Positions 56,401-63,776 of a stretch of 64,000 nt of DNA are shown piece by piece. This stretch comes from a virus. How positions within the stretch are numbered: position 1 is the stretch's first letter; each line of letters starts with the position of its first letter. The notes below the pieces were generated by a model. That model was given only the letters and a program-made list of their open reading frames with translations, did no database searches and was not told where the DNA came from. The stretch covers positions 17,384 through 81,383 of IMG/VR virus record IMGVR_UViG_3300045988_118801, one strand, 5' to 3'. The position numbers and the translations under genes were made by a program.

Positions 56401-58188
56401 AAATTCCATATTTCCGCTTTCAGAAGCATGGTTGAAAAGATTGAATCCGTACTCTCCGTTAAACTTTCTCAGCTTTCCAAAGAAGTATGGATGAGTGTAT
56501 TCTCCGTTTTCATTTACATCGTCGTTGTCATTCTCGTCATACGCAAACTCGGTGAACATGTCTATTCTAAGACCTTCTGTGTTTGTCATGCCCTTGATAG
56601 ACGGTTTGATATCTTCTGCGGTAACTTTACCCTCTAAGGGATTTCCGTCAGAATAAACGTTCTCGAAAGTATAGTATTCTTCTGAATCGGGTTTCTTATA
56701 CGTGCTGTTTATTGCATTGTAGAATCTCTGTTCGCCTTCCGTTTCTCTGTATACAGGCGGCATAAGTTCCGTACAATAAGGTATCTGCTTGCCTACATTC
56801 TGTGTAAAGTAGTCGCCTACTACAAGTTTAGGGCTTCCGTTAAGGCTTATACCTATTTCATCAAGTGTAACTTCCTTTCCGTTCAAGTCCCAGTATTCGT
56901 AGTACGAACTAGGGAATGAAGCCTCAAAGTAGAATTTGGCACTTGTTACCGAATCACTGACAATTCCAATGTAGGAAACATAGAACACAACCTTGATTGT
57001 ATAGTCACCTGCCACTACCTTATCTCCGTTGTTCAGGACTTTGTACTGTGTATCTTCTTCGCCATATCCTTTAATTGTGAAAGATGGTGAGCTTACAGCA
57101 CCTAGACTGATATTAATAGGCATAAAGGCGGTATTAACCGTAATGCTTGCATCATGCAGTACCGTTACGTTTACAAGAAATGTAGCCGTACTTTTATAGG
57201 AACTTCCTTCTTTTCTTACCGGTATAGATATTTCAGAACCTTCTTCGTAGTCTACAAACGTTGATGAATTATAGAAATCGTAGGAGTTTATGACAACGAC
57301 ATTTTCTCCACGTTTCTTTGAATAGATACATTTGTCGGTCGAACCTATTTTCTCGGCAAATTTGACCGCATCTGCAAGCGATAAATCGGATTGTGTCAGA
57401 CCTTGATTGCCTGAATATACATTTATCGAAACTTCACCCTTTGGTGTCTTGTTTGGGTAGTAGTAAGGAATGTTGTCGCTGCTTCCTGCACCAGTGATTC
57501 TGTTTACTAGGTTGTAGTTTGCGTTCTCCTTTGATACAGACAACAAAGCACCGTCAATGCTGTACTTCATCACGGTAGGTATTGCGTTCTGCTCATATCC
57601 TATGTGTATGGTCTTTCCGACAAAATAGTAAGGCAGCTTATATACATTGTATATTTCCTGTAAAGCTTCGAGAATGTATTTGTCCTCAAAAGATACAAGA
57701 TGGCTTTCAGAAGTTATGCCCTCATCAATTACGGCTGTATAGCCTATCTTTGAGTAGGACATGGACGCATTAAGTCTAGCGACAAACTGTGCTATGTCAC
57801 CCATGAACTGTACTTTCAGACTGTTTGAAACAACACCGTCAATCGTACTGTCACCCTGAACCGCATCTATGAAATAGGTATGATTGAGGACTTCACGTTC
57901 GGATTTGAGCGTAACCGAATGTTCGTATCTTTCATCCTCGTTGCTTTTGGATGATGAGGGCGTATCTTTTACATAGAATTTTTCTCCGTCAAATGAAGCA
58001 TATACCTTGTCCGTCCAAAGCTTGTCTAGACAAAGTCTGTGCTTTACGGTAGCTTCTATTGTGGGTACACCACCCATTCTTGCTGCATCGTATTTGAAAT
58101 CGCCTATGACAATCTGTTCCGTCTTGTTTGGGAACGGTGTGTCCTTGATTCCGTCTACGAACGTGTATAACTTTAAATTCTTCTCCAT
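50431..58188 (-). CDS. Giant tail fibre / host-specificity protein (about 2585 aa)
   Basis: A single uninterrupted ORF. It has A/Q/K/D-rich alpha-helical repeat blocks (DATNKANDAK units), long beta-rich segments and a fibre-like composition. Confidence 0.75.
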   Translation of the reverse strand: MEKNLKLYTFVDGIKDTPFPNKTEQIVIGDFKYDAARMGGVPTIEATVKHRLCLDKLWTDKVYASFDGEKFYVKDTPSSSKSNEDERYEHSVTLKSEREVLNHTYFIDAVQGDSTIDGVVSNSLKVQFMGDIAQFVARLNASMSYSKIGYTAVIDEGITSESHLVSFEDKYILEALQEIYNVYKLPYYFVGKTIHIGYEQNAIPTVMKYSIDGALLSVSKENANYNLVNRITGAGSSDNIPYYYPNKTPKGEVSINVYSGNQGLTQSDLSLADAVKFAEKIGSTDKCIYSKKRGENVVVINSYDFYNSSTFVDYEEGSEISIPVRKEGSSYKSTATFLVNVTVLHDASITVNTAFMPINISLGAVSSPSFTIKGYGEEDTQYKVLNNGDKVVAGDYTIKVVFYVSYIGIVSDSVTSAKFYFEASFPSSYYEYWDLNGKEVTLDEIGISLNGSPKLVVGDYFTQNVGKQIPYCTELMPPVYRETEGEQRFYNAINSTYKKPDSEEYYTFENVYSDGNPLEGKVTAEDIKPSIKGMTNTEGLRIDMFTEFAYDENDNDDVNENGEYTHPYFFGKLRKFNGEYGFNLFNHASESGNMEFSFTSGMCGSCTFEVGAGDETQKNLVQVDDSGNLLRDENGNVRCGRDGLQKETPQDRQNDTVNYEVWVALKKDDTTYTNVMPNVSKKLKPKAGDTFVILNINMPDSYIYKAENDLKEYLIQYMAENNSEKFNFSIKFSRIFFAEHPDILEQLNENSRLIVEYNKVQYTFYVDNFTYTMSADSPLPEIEVNLVDTLSIGQNSLQTMLDGVKQDVLSNIGRGDILSQGNKYFLRKDVADSAKGEKTFNDLVKLIDGLEIGTYLSKKSGAKISADGAAELLNLLLRGALTIGDYKKGLKGAKIDEQGVADLLSILVRSGIESANFSTGALGAGFCLKKDENGDSYLEVDRMLVRKVATFILLLIQQIKHVGGQIILTLASMSCIKVEDKGDFYRCYFENTDGEKTIEQEFVVGDLARAQTFNVKEGVNQNVTNTYYWRAVVGTGDNYIDLSKTDCDAGSTEPKAGDDIVQLGNKSDATRQAAIILSAYGNDAPYFKLYRGINSYSLDGKEFVSFSRSEVMIIADAIKFSSGESVKDYIDNAVGEVNTKVDDAISDLSENISFVNQLSKDLEAVKNQIDGAIETWFYEPVPTLSNEPAVNWTTSEDKNVHLGDLYYDGNGKAYRFQMSDISYVWQVITDSDITKALADAKKAQDTADGKRRVFVTTPSNASVYDIGDLWVNATYGSYKNDLLRCKTAKQANAQFSIEHWELASKYTDDTKANQAQAAADAAKQAADSAQQTANNAVQSAATANALLSDIANDNKLTAQEKQETKKEWDIIVSEKPKNDASADKYGVSRTAYDTAYNTLSAYITPLLSSLSTTSNISGATFRSKFKDYYDARTDLLNAISAKAKSLADAAQQTADAAQEKANQAIKDAANAKAAADNAQSDADAATQRLNSWASDGSISPTEKQSLKEEIARIDADKTQIANGYSKYNLGTPTNYNNAHTTYRAVLVTLTASSPETIAIPSDFATKQTTYYTQRTTALTAISNAARDYAQGIANDLSSYKKTVSSQFEQTNNSITAAVTSSKKYTDSAVSGIQIGGRNLIKLSGLVDVSSLENISVGRGNHKVSIDTTNKYQDKYNSLKIVSSGAGTGGTNDAYWHTWAKNLEKKEFIFSFYGKASSNGIVLSLRNGNGSVSILTVTLTTSWKRYVVKLNPQTTWNDIVFWLNEAGTVWIALPKAEFSTKETDWSPAPEDAENALTEYKKEVTAQFSVLEGEISSKVSSTEITTIKQEIINTAASDATNKANDAKTSAISTASADATSKANKAKQDAISTAATDATNKANDAKNDAITTSGQNADKKYATITTVSSMQTSITQLSSSLSLKAEKSEVTAVQSSLNQTNNNLSSLTTRVSEAEVKLQPDNIWIGISSKVTTTSKVNNIVPDSCFDDANYSLLYTGGSRVSASTANNSCPTSYCMKSTQRDVQAKKYVAVAEGEKYYVSAYVNAQLANYTVRVGLVLKKSDGTTSWRNNGSSVAAKTSGWQKLSGYITIPAGYTKAGICFQIDGDSNFGSAYFTKVYAYKVDESVNQNYALLTSNEKGLTTFDNVVNQAWGVYTVKGLKTGDIVTVSFEYQASNLNFNTTSERTARIITQFTEPYGWVESNFDLRTNGSGKFISTPFTIGGSATENSVVVFRFRLDYISSVLQNDSPIGYFRVWNLKVEKGERSTPWSAAPSDYSTTEQITTGITVKENAISIFGKDVSLQGKITFSSLNSSLQSTINNKADSGDVTSSINSSKEDLAKKLGYANYSDMVSAATAGNTIIEGGHIRTSLIEADALVVKTLNAVNVKGINTLVDKEGITLTDSSTKNVLLKTEIIGTSAASYAGSLVLKGGFSSGSFQEANLSAFSLTMSSDGGGTSNKYSINLSQYGLQVFTNSKGLSRPRILWCGYISSSGIISRGYGNYTNVSVRRTGTGTYTVTHNLNISAYYVLITPKRDSYFPIACVKEQTSTYFIYSTAYNAPLGGTHVLTDGDSPAFIAIIHSPSVIKDA

Positions 58189-58311
58189 TGTGCACATATA
58201 TTTAACACAAATATACTACAATTTTGTACTTATTACAATTATTCAAAGTTAAACTATGTTAATCTGTTTGCAGATTAAAAATTAATGATTATATTTGTGG
58301 TGTTCTAGATA

Positions 58312-58397
58312 AGATGTCACACGTAAGTAATTTGTAAAAACAAATTTTTGAAAATATATTACAAAGAAGGCATTGGGAAACAAAACGTGTGACATCT
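58312..58397. repeat. Perfect 13-bp inverted repeat with 60-nt AT-rich spacer in the leader of the rightward island
   Basis: AGATGTCACACGT (58312-58324) and ACGTGTGACATCT (58385-58397). Confidence 0.8.
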
Positions 58398-58432
58398 CAA
58401 TGCTTTCTTTTTTTTATATAAACTTAAAGACT

Positions 58433-59269
58433 ATGGAAAGAAAAGTAATCAACATACCTTACGAACTAGCGAAGGGGAAAAAGAAAAATCCTCTTTCGCT
58501 AGATTTGTTGTGTCTTTCCATCGCTATCAAAATGAGGTCGGGTTCTTCAAGATACAGATTGGAAGGAGTGAGAAAGTTTATGCAAGACTTCGGTATAAGC
58601 AACTTCAAGACATACCAACTTATCAAAACAATAAAAGAAGGACACCCTCTGTTTAAGTTTGACGAAAAGAATAATACTATAATTGCCAAGTCTTATAAGC
58701 GTTATCGTACAATCACAAAAGACAGAAACGGAAATGTTATCTATCAGATGTATTGTATGAAAATGAAAATAGACGGTAACTTCAAGTTAGGGTATATAAA
58801 GAAAAAACTGAAAAAATCTCTTATTCTCTGCGTTGTGAACATGAGTGAACGTATGGATAAGTTTCAAACTATGAGCATTAACAATATTCCTTGTCGCTGC
58901 GATAACGGAGTGTTCTCTTTGCAGTTTCTTGCAAATGTAGCAGGGGTTACTAGAAAATCAGTTGTTAGACTTATTAACGAACTTGAAGAAGAACATAGAC
59001 TTAATGTCAAGAAAGGTGAACTTAGTGAAATATTGGAAAAGTTCAACAGAAATGACATAACAAAGGCAAGACTTGAAAACAAGTACATCAAATTAGGTAA
59101 AGGTGGAATTGGCTGTGTTTACTACATGACTAAATATTCTATTGCCGACAGACAAGTTAGTGAAATGTTCGGTAATATTATATTTAATCACAAGCTAAGA
59201 CTTACTTATAATCTTTCTTCAAATCCGAAAAATGTGATGGAGAAAGAATGTATGTCTATGTTTGATTAG
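58433..59269 (+). CDS. Hypothetical DNA-binding-like protein
   Basis: The ATG at 58433 (MERKVINIPYEL) lies downstream of the inverted repeat. The track start at 58373 is a TTG. Confidence 0.5.
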   Translation: MERKVINIPYELAKGKKKNPLSLDLLCLSIAIKMRSGSSRYRLEGVRKFMQDFGISNFKTYQLIKTIKEGHPLFKFDEKNNTIIAKSYKRYRTITKDRNGNVIYQMYCMKMKIDGNFKLGYIKKKLKKSLILCVVNMSERMDKFQTMSINNIPCRCDNGVFSLQFLANVAGVTRKSVVRLINELEEEHRLNVKKGELSEILEKFNRNDITKARLENKYIKLGKGGIGCVYYMTKYSIADRQVSEMFGNIIFNHKLRLTYNLSSNPKNVMEKECMSMFD

Positions 59270-59382
59270 TTTATAGATTTCAACCAACACTAATTATATT
59301 TATATCTATGAGATGGGGTAGTATATATATGGCAGTATATTAATAGTTTATGTATATAATTAACTAAGTAAATATTAAACCT

Positions 59383-60333
59383 ATGGATTTAAAAGAACTT
59401 AAAGAAAGACAAAAATGGACTTTAAACCAAAAGATAGACCATTCTTTAGGTGTAATAGACCAATTTATATCCCGCTTGAACGGGCAAGTGTATGTCGGAT
59501 TTAGCGGTGGAAAAGACAGCACCGTGCTTCTTGACTTATGCAGAGTTATCAAGCCAGATATTAAAGCGGTGTTCTGTAATACTGGCAATGAATATCCCGA
59601 CATTGTAAGATTTGTTCGTGAACTGAAAAACACAGAAGGGTATAACATTGATATAATTTATCCAAAGTTAAAACCTAAAGAAGTATTTGAGAAGTACGGA
59701 TTTCCTCTAGTGAGTAAGGAACAATCTCAGTCAATATACGAGGTTAGACATACAAAAAGTTGGTCTGTTATAAATAGAAGATTAGGACTTGAAGAAAAGT
59801 ATAAAGACAAGCCAAGTGTTATATCCGACAAGTGGATGTTTTTAGTAAGAGTAAAATTTGAAACATCTCATAAATGTTGTTCTGTTTTAAAGAAAGAGCC
59901 TTTCCATAGATATGAGAAAGAAAATAACGTATATCCTATCATGGGAATTATGGCTTCTGAAAGTTTGCTTAGAGAAAAGATGTATATCCGACAAGGAGGT
60001 TGTAATTCATTTGAAGGTGGAAGAATAAAATCCTTGCCCTTATCCATTTGGCTAGAAGAAAATATTTGGGCATATATTAAAAAGAGAAGCCTAAAGATTG
60101 CGGACATATACTACAAAGGAGCAAAGAGAACAGGATGTATGTTCTGTGGATATGGTTGCCAATTCAAGGATGATAATCGTTTGAAGATGTGTTATGAAAT
60201 GTATCCAAAGATGTACAATATGTTTATGAATTATACAAACAATGGTATAACATATCGTGAAGCAATGAGAAAGGTATTAGCCGTAAACGGGTTGGAATTA
60301 CCCGATGAAAAGAAACAATTAGAATTATTTTGA
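59383..60333 (+). CDS. PAPS-reductase-family PP-loop protein (DndC/IbrA-like)
   Basis: VYVGFSGGKDSTVLLDL PP-loop and a C-terminal cluster CMFCGYGC. Confidence 0.75.
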   Translation: MDLKELKERQKWTLNQKIDHSLGVIDQFISRLNGQVYVGFSGGKDSTVLLDLCRVIKPDIKAVFCNTGNEYPDIVRFVRELKNTEGYNIDIIYPKLKPKEVFEKYGFPLVSKEQSQSIYEVRHTKSWSVINRRLGLEEKYKDKPSVISDKWMFLVRVKFETSHKCCSVLKKEPFHRYEKENNVYPIMGIMASESLLREKMYIRQGGCNSFEGGRIKSLPLSIWLEENIWAYIKKRSLKIADIYYKGAKRTGCMFCGYGCQFKDDNRLKMCYEMYPKMYNMFMNYTNNGITYREAMRKVLAVNGLELPDEKKQLELF

Positions 60334-60334
60334 T

Positions 60335-60892
60335 ATGGCAAAACGACCGAAGAACAAACAAAGCCTAAAGAAGAAGCAAGACAAAGAAGATGTCTGTGAC
60401 TTGTATGTGGTATATAGCGATGGAAGTGCGAACTATATGCAAACTTCAAGACCAGCAGGTTCAGCATTTGTTATAATCAATCCGACAAACGATGAAATAT
60501 TGCATGAATATTCACAAGGCTTCTTGGGTCTAACAAACAATCAGGCAGAATTAAATGCGATTATATCTGCAATAGAAGCACTCCCTAATAATTGTAGATG
60601 TTGCATTTTTACCGATAGTAAGTACTGCATCTATGTATTAGACCACAAGACCTGTGATTTTGAGAAAAACACCGAATACATAAGCCAATTTCGGTATTTG
60701 GTGGAAACCAAGAATATCAATTATAAGTTTCAGTGGGTAAAAGGTCACAGCAACAACAAATGGAACGAATATGTAGACAAGAAAGCCAACGAAGCGTTTA
60801 TGCAAATGGGCGGCAGACTTATAGACTACAAGAAGTTCAAGACTGATTCTGCCTACAAGAATGAAGAGTTAATAAAAGCTAAAAAATTTTGA
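60335..60892 (+). CDS. rnhA: Ribonuclease HI
   Basis: DEDD pattern: VVYSDGS, NNQAELNAI, IFTDSKY, KGHSNNKWNEYVDKKA. Confidence 0.8.
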   Translation: MAKRPKNKQSLKKKQDKEDVCDLYVVYSDGSANYMQTSRPAGSAFVIINPTNDEILHEYSQGFLGLTNNQAELNAIISAIEALPNNCRCCIFTDSKYCIYVLDHKTCDFEKNTEYISQFRYLVETKNINYKFQWVKGHSNNKWNEYVDKKANEAFMQMGGRLIDYKKFKTDSAYKNEELIKAKKF

Positions 60893-61226
60893 TACTTTTA
60901 TTAAAGTTGCCAAAGATTATGTACCTTTACAACACTATGATAGTTTTATAAAAGATATTGATTTAAAGTTTAAAGACCTATGAAAATTCTATTTATCATT
61001 GCACTTTGCTTTTTGTTGCGTTCTCTTTCTACAAGTACAAATGTACTTCAATCAGCAAGTATATCAATTTGGTTGACAAGGAACTGATGAATATCGAAAC
61101 TATGAAACGTGACCTTGAAGATTTAAGCCCTAAGGCTTGTATGTTTACCTATTGGTTTGTTTACGTATTCTCCCTTCTTGTGAAACTTTCAATCGTATAT
61201 ATTTCATGCTTAGGAATTTCAACACT

Positions 61227-61493
61227 ATGACAAACAAGAAAAAGATTGATTTTATAGACGGTGTTCTAGTAAATAGTTTCCAATGGAAAATAAATTTGAA
61301 GAACATACTTTTGTCTAGGATAAAGAAAGTTATGCCCGAAGCGGTAGATGTAAGTATATGTGACGATTCTTTCGACAACTATTACGTATGTGTGATTTAT
61401 AAGGACAAAACGATTCACAGCCTTTACGAAATACAAGATAGTATAGTTATTGACATGCTTTATGATTTGTGCCTGTTTATTAAGGAGGATTGA
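61227..61493 (+). CDS. Hypothetical protein
   Basis: ATG at 61227 within track ORF 61137..61493. Confidence 0.4.
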   Translation: MTNKKKIDFIDGVLVNSFQWKINLKNILLSRIKKVMPEAVDVSICDDSFDNYYVCVIYKDKTIHSLYEIQDSIVIDMLYDLCLFIKED

Positions 61494-61567
61494 CTATGGA
61501 TTTCGGGCAAGATTACCCAAGTGACGAAGAATACGATGATTTTGACAATTATAATGATGAGTGAATT

Positions 61568-61786
61568 ATGCAAAGAAACTACGTGATAAACAGAGGTAAT
61601 TTTGAAATAAGAATTGACTTCGGAAAAGAAAACTCAAAAGACTATACAACAATGGTGAGGTCTGAAATAAGGAACGAAAAAGTAAAAGTTGTTGAAGCAA
61701 CTACTTTAGGCAAAGCATACAAATGGGATAAAGAAAGAATAAACTCATATCTTATGGAATTATACGGAGTGGAGGACATGGAATGA
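61568..61786 (+). CDS. Hypothetical protein
   Basis: ORF track. Confidence 0.45.
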   Translation: MQRNYVINRGNFEIRIDFGKENSKDYTTMVRSEIRNEKVKVVEATTLGKAYKWDKERINSYLMELYGVEDME

Positions 61787-61956
61787 AAGAGTTTTTCAAG
61801 TATTGGATTTCCGTACTAATATCCGCTGTATTAGCCGTATTATTATGCAGAATTTTTGATTATCACCCTAACATAATGGAATGTATGATACTTGCGTATT
61901 GCATCGTTATTTACTACGATACTAACGATAAAAAGAAATCCCCACCTGCTGAATGA
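61783..61956 (+). CDS. Small two-helix membrane protein (holin-like topology)
   Basis: ATGA overlap with the upstream stop. Sequence: MKEFFKYWISVLISAVLAVLLCRIF...MILAYCIVIYY. Confidence 0.4.
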   Translation: MKEFFKYWISVLISAVLAVLLCRIFDYHPNIMECMILAYCIVIYYDTNDKKKSPPAE

Positions 61957-61975
61957 GTAAGTGGGGATGTTTATT
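61938..61975. terminator. Bidirectional hairpin terminator at a convergent junction
   Basis: ATCCCCAC (61938-61945) pairs with GTGGGGAT (61961-61968), with T-rich flanks. Confidence 0.65.
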
Positions 61976-61979
61976 GTAA

Positions 61980-62576
61980 TTAAACTAATTCTACATATAG
62001 ACCTACTAACGCACTTAAATCGTGGCTTAGTGGAATGCCGCTGTCACGTGTGCATCTGTATAACACTCCATTCTGTGTATAGTATTTATTAGCAAAGATT
62101 TCCATCGGTGGCGTGTAAGGTATAGGCTCTGCTTCTGTACCTTCGTGTTCTTCGTTGACTACCTTCCACAAGCTAGCCGTTTCAAGGCTTGGTTTCCAAT
62201 TAGCTTGAGTAGTGTGGTCTTTTACACATTCCCAAAGCAAATCGTCACATTGATACTTTTCGCCTTGCTTTACGGATATTCCGTCTGACGACCACATAGG
62301 GAAAAGTGATTTCCTTTCAATTGCTTCGTTGTTTGCCATGGGTGTTGTATTGATACATTCAGGAATTACAGACATCTTATAAGCATAATCATCTATCTTT
62401 TCAAGTGAATCAATATCTTGTATTGCTTCATTATGCTTTACTATTCCGTTTACTTCTTCTTCTGTAATTTCAATGTAATCATCTGCGTTTACATTTGCAC
62501 CTTTTACGGATTTAAAAAACGCAGTCTTGTTCTTGTCTGAAAGATAATATCCTTCTTTTGCTTTTATCTCTTTCAT
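61980..62576 (-). CDS. Fibre-associated protein with CBM5/12-like W/Y motif; paralogue of 49448..50101
   Basis: VKQGEKYQCDDLLWECVKDHTTQANWKPS plus the shared C-terminal module. Confidence 0.5.
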   Translation of the reverse strand: MKEIKAKEGYYLSDKNKTAFFKSVKGANVNADDYIEITEEEVNGIVKHNEAIQDIDSLEKIDDYAYKMSVIPECINTTPMANNEAIERKSLFPMWSSDGISVKQGEKYQCDDLLWECVKDHTTQANWKPSLETASLWKVVNEEHEGTEAEPIPYTPPMEIFANKYYTQNGVLYRCTRDSGIPLSHDLSALVGLYVELV

Positions 62577-62590
62577 AATTACTCCTTTCG

Positions 62591-63508
62591 TTATGCGGAT
62601 GCAAGTGAAACATTTGGTTGTGCTTCAAGTGCTGCTACTACATCAGGGTCAGCATTATACTTATTATAACAATAAGCCGAAAGTGTAATTGTAATTTTTT
62701 TTGTTGGTGCTGCGTTGTTAATGATGTAAAGTAGGCTGTCTTTGGCAAATAATGATGAACTAGTTATATTTAACGATGTATTAAGTTTTGATATGTTTGC
62801 AAATTGCATAGACACACAATTAGTAAACATATGATCAATATCCTCATCATTACTTGCATCAAACTGTAGTATATAAATTAAAGAAAAACAACCAGCAAAC
62901 ATATAACTCATATCTACAGCACTGCTTGTGTCAAACTGTGGCACAGAAGTTATAGAATAACAGCCAAAAAACATGTGATTCATAATCACAGCGTTGCTTG
63001 TATCAAATTTTGGAACATAAATTAAAGAAAAACAACCAGCAAACATATAACTCATATCTACAGCACTGCTTGTATCAATCATAGGAATGAATATTAGCGA
63101 ACTACAATCTTTAAACAATTTGCTTAAACTTGTCCTTTTGCTTGTATCAATCTTAGGAAGATAAACAATTCTATCTTTATATTCCTGAATATTATCAATA
63201 GTCAACACACCATACAAGTCAATATTATCCTGCGGTACTTTATGATAAGCATCATCTTCTTCATTCCAATTAACACCGTGCGTCTGATAGTATTCTATAT
63301 CTTCATCAGTCCAACCGATAGCCTTTAGTCCTTCTACGTCTGCGTGACCAGTGTATCCGCTTCCACCGCCTGCTTGAATGCTCGCAATCTTATCGGGATA
63401 TGCAGACAACACATCACCCACATCACTAACACCTTTCGCTTCGATAGCAGCCTTAATCTTTGCTTTGCTATCTAATATTTTATTTAATTTCTCTGCCGTT
63501 GTTCCCAT
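62591..63508 (-). CDS. BspA-type leucine-rich-repeat (DUF285-like) protein, probable receptor-binding component
   Basis: Repeats of FDTS.AVDMSYMFAGCFSLIY.P, including a perfect 57-nt internal duplication. Confidence 0.65.
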   Translation of the reverse strand: MGTTAEKLNKILDSKAKIKAAIEAKGVSDVGDVLSAYPDKIASIQAGGGSGYTGHADVEGLKAIGWTDEDIEYYQTHGVNWNEEDDAYHKVPQDNIDLYGVLTIDNIQEYKDRIVYLPKIDTSKRTSLSKLFKDCSSLIFIPMIDTSSAVDMSYMFAGCFSLIYVPKFDTSNAVIMNHMFFGCYSITSVPQFDTSSAVDMSYMFAGCFSLIYILQFDASNDEDIDHMFTNCVSMQFANISKLNTSLNITSSSLFAKDSLLYIINNAAPTKKITITLSAYCYNKYNADPDVVAALEAQPNVSLASA

Positions 63509-63509
63509 A

Positions 63510-63722
63510 TCAAATCACTTCACCGTTAATGTTATCAAGTATTGCATTAATATCTCCAACCTGCGCAAGTGTAGCATACTTTCCGTCTGCCTGAGTAGAT
63601 GTGATAAAACCGCTTACATCGGGTATACTATCTAAAATACCTTCAAAATTCTTCGTCAATCCCTCAGCCATCCGCTGACCAGTATCTCCGTTCTGTATAA
63701 TATATAAATCTTCTTTGTTCAT
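63510..63722 (-). CDS. Small fibre-locus protein
   Basis: ORF track; 2 nt upstream of the LRR gene. Confidence 0.45.
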   Translation of the reverse strand: MNKEDLYIIQNGDTGQRMAEGLTKNFEGILDSIPDVSGFITSTQADGKYATLAQVGDINAILDNINGEVI

Positions 63723-63776
63723 TTATTATATGTTTTAAGTGCGGACAAGTGTATCGTCCGCATAATTAAACAAAAA

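Noticed and set aside
28110-58397. TCACACGT as a dispersed regulator-binding motif (28110, 58317, inverted at 58385 and 3878).
   Set aside because: There are four occurrences against roughly two expected by chance for an 8-mer on both strands. Only the 13-bp inverted repeat at 58312-58397 is statistically notable on its own.
49448-62576. Invertible tail-fibre segment bounded by the paralogous genes 49448..50101 and 61980..62576.
   Set aside because: The paralogues are in direct orientation. They are similar only at the protein level; the DNA has diverged. No long inverted repeats were found by eye at the cassette borders.
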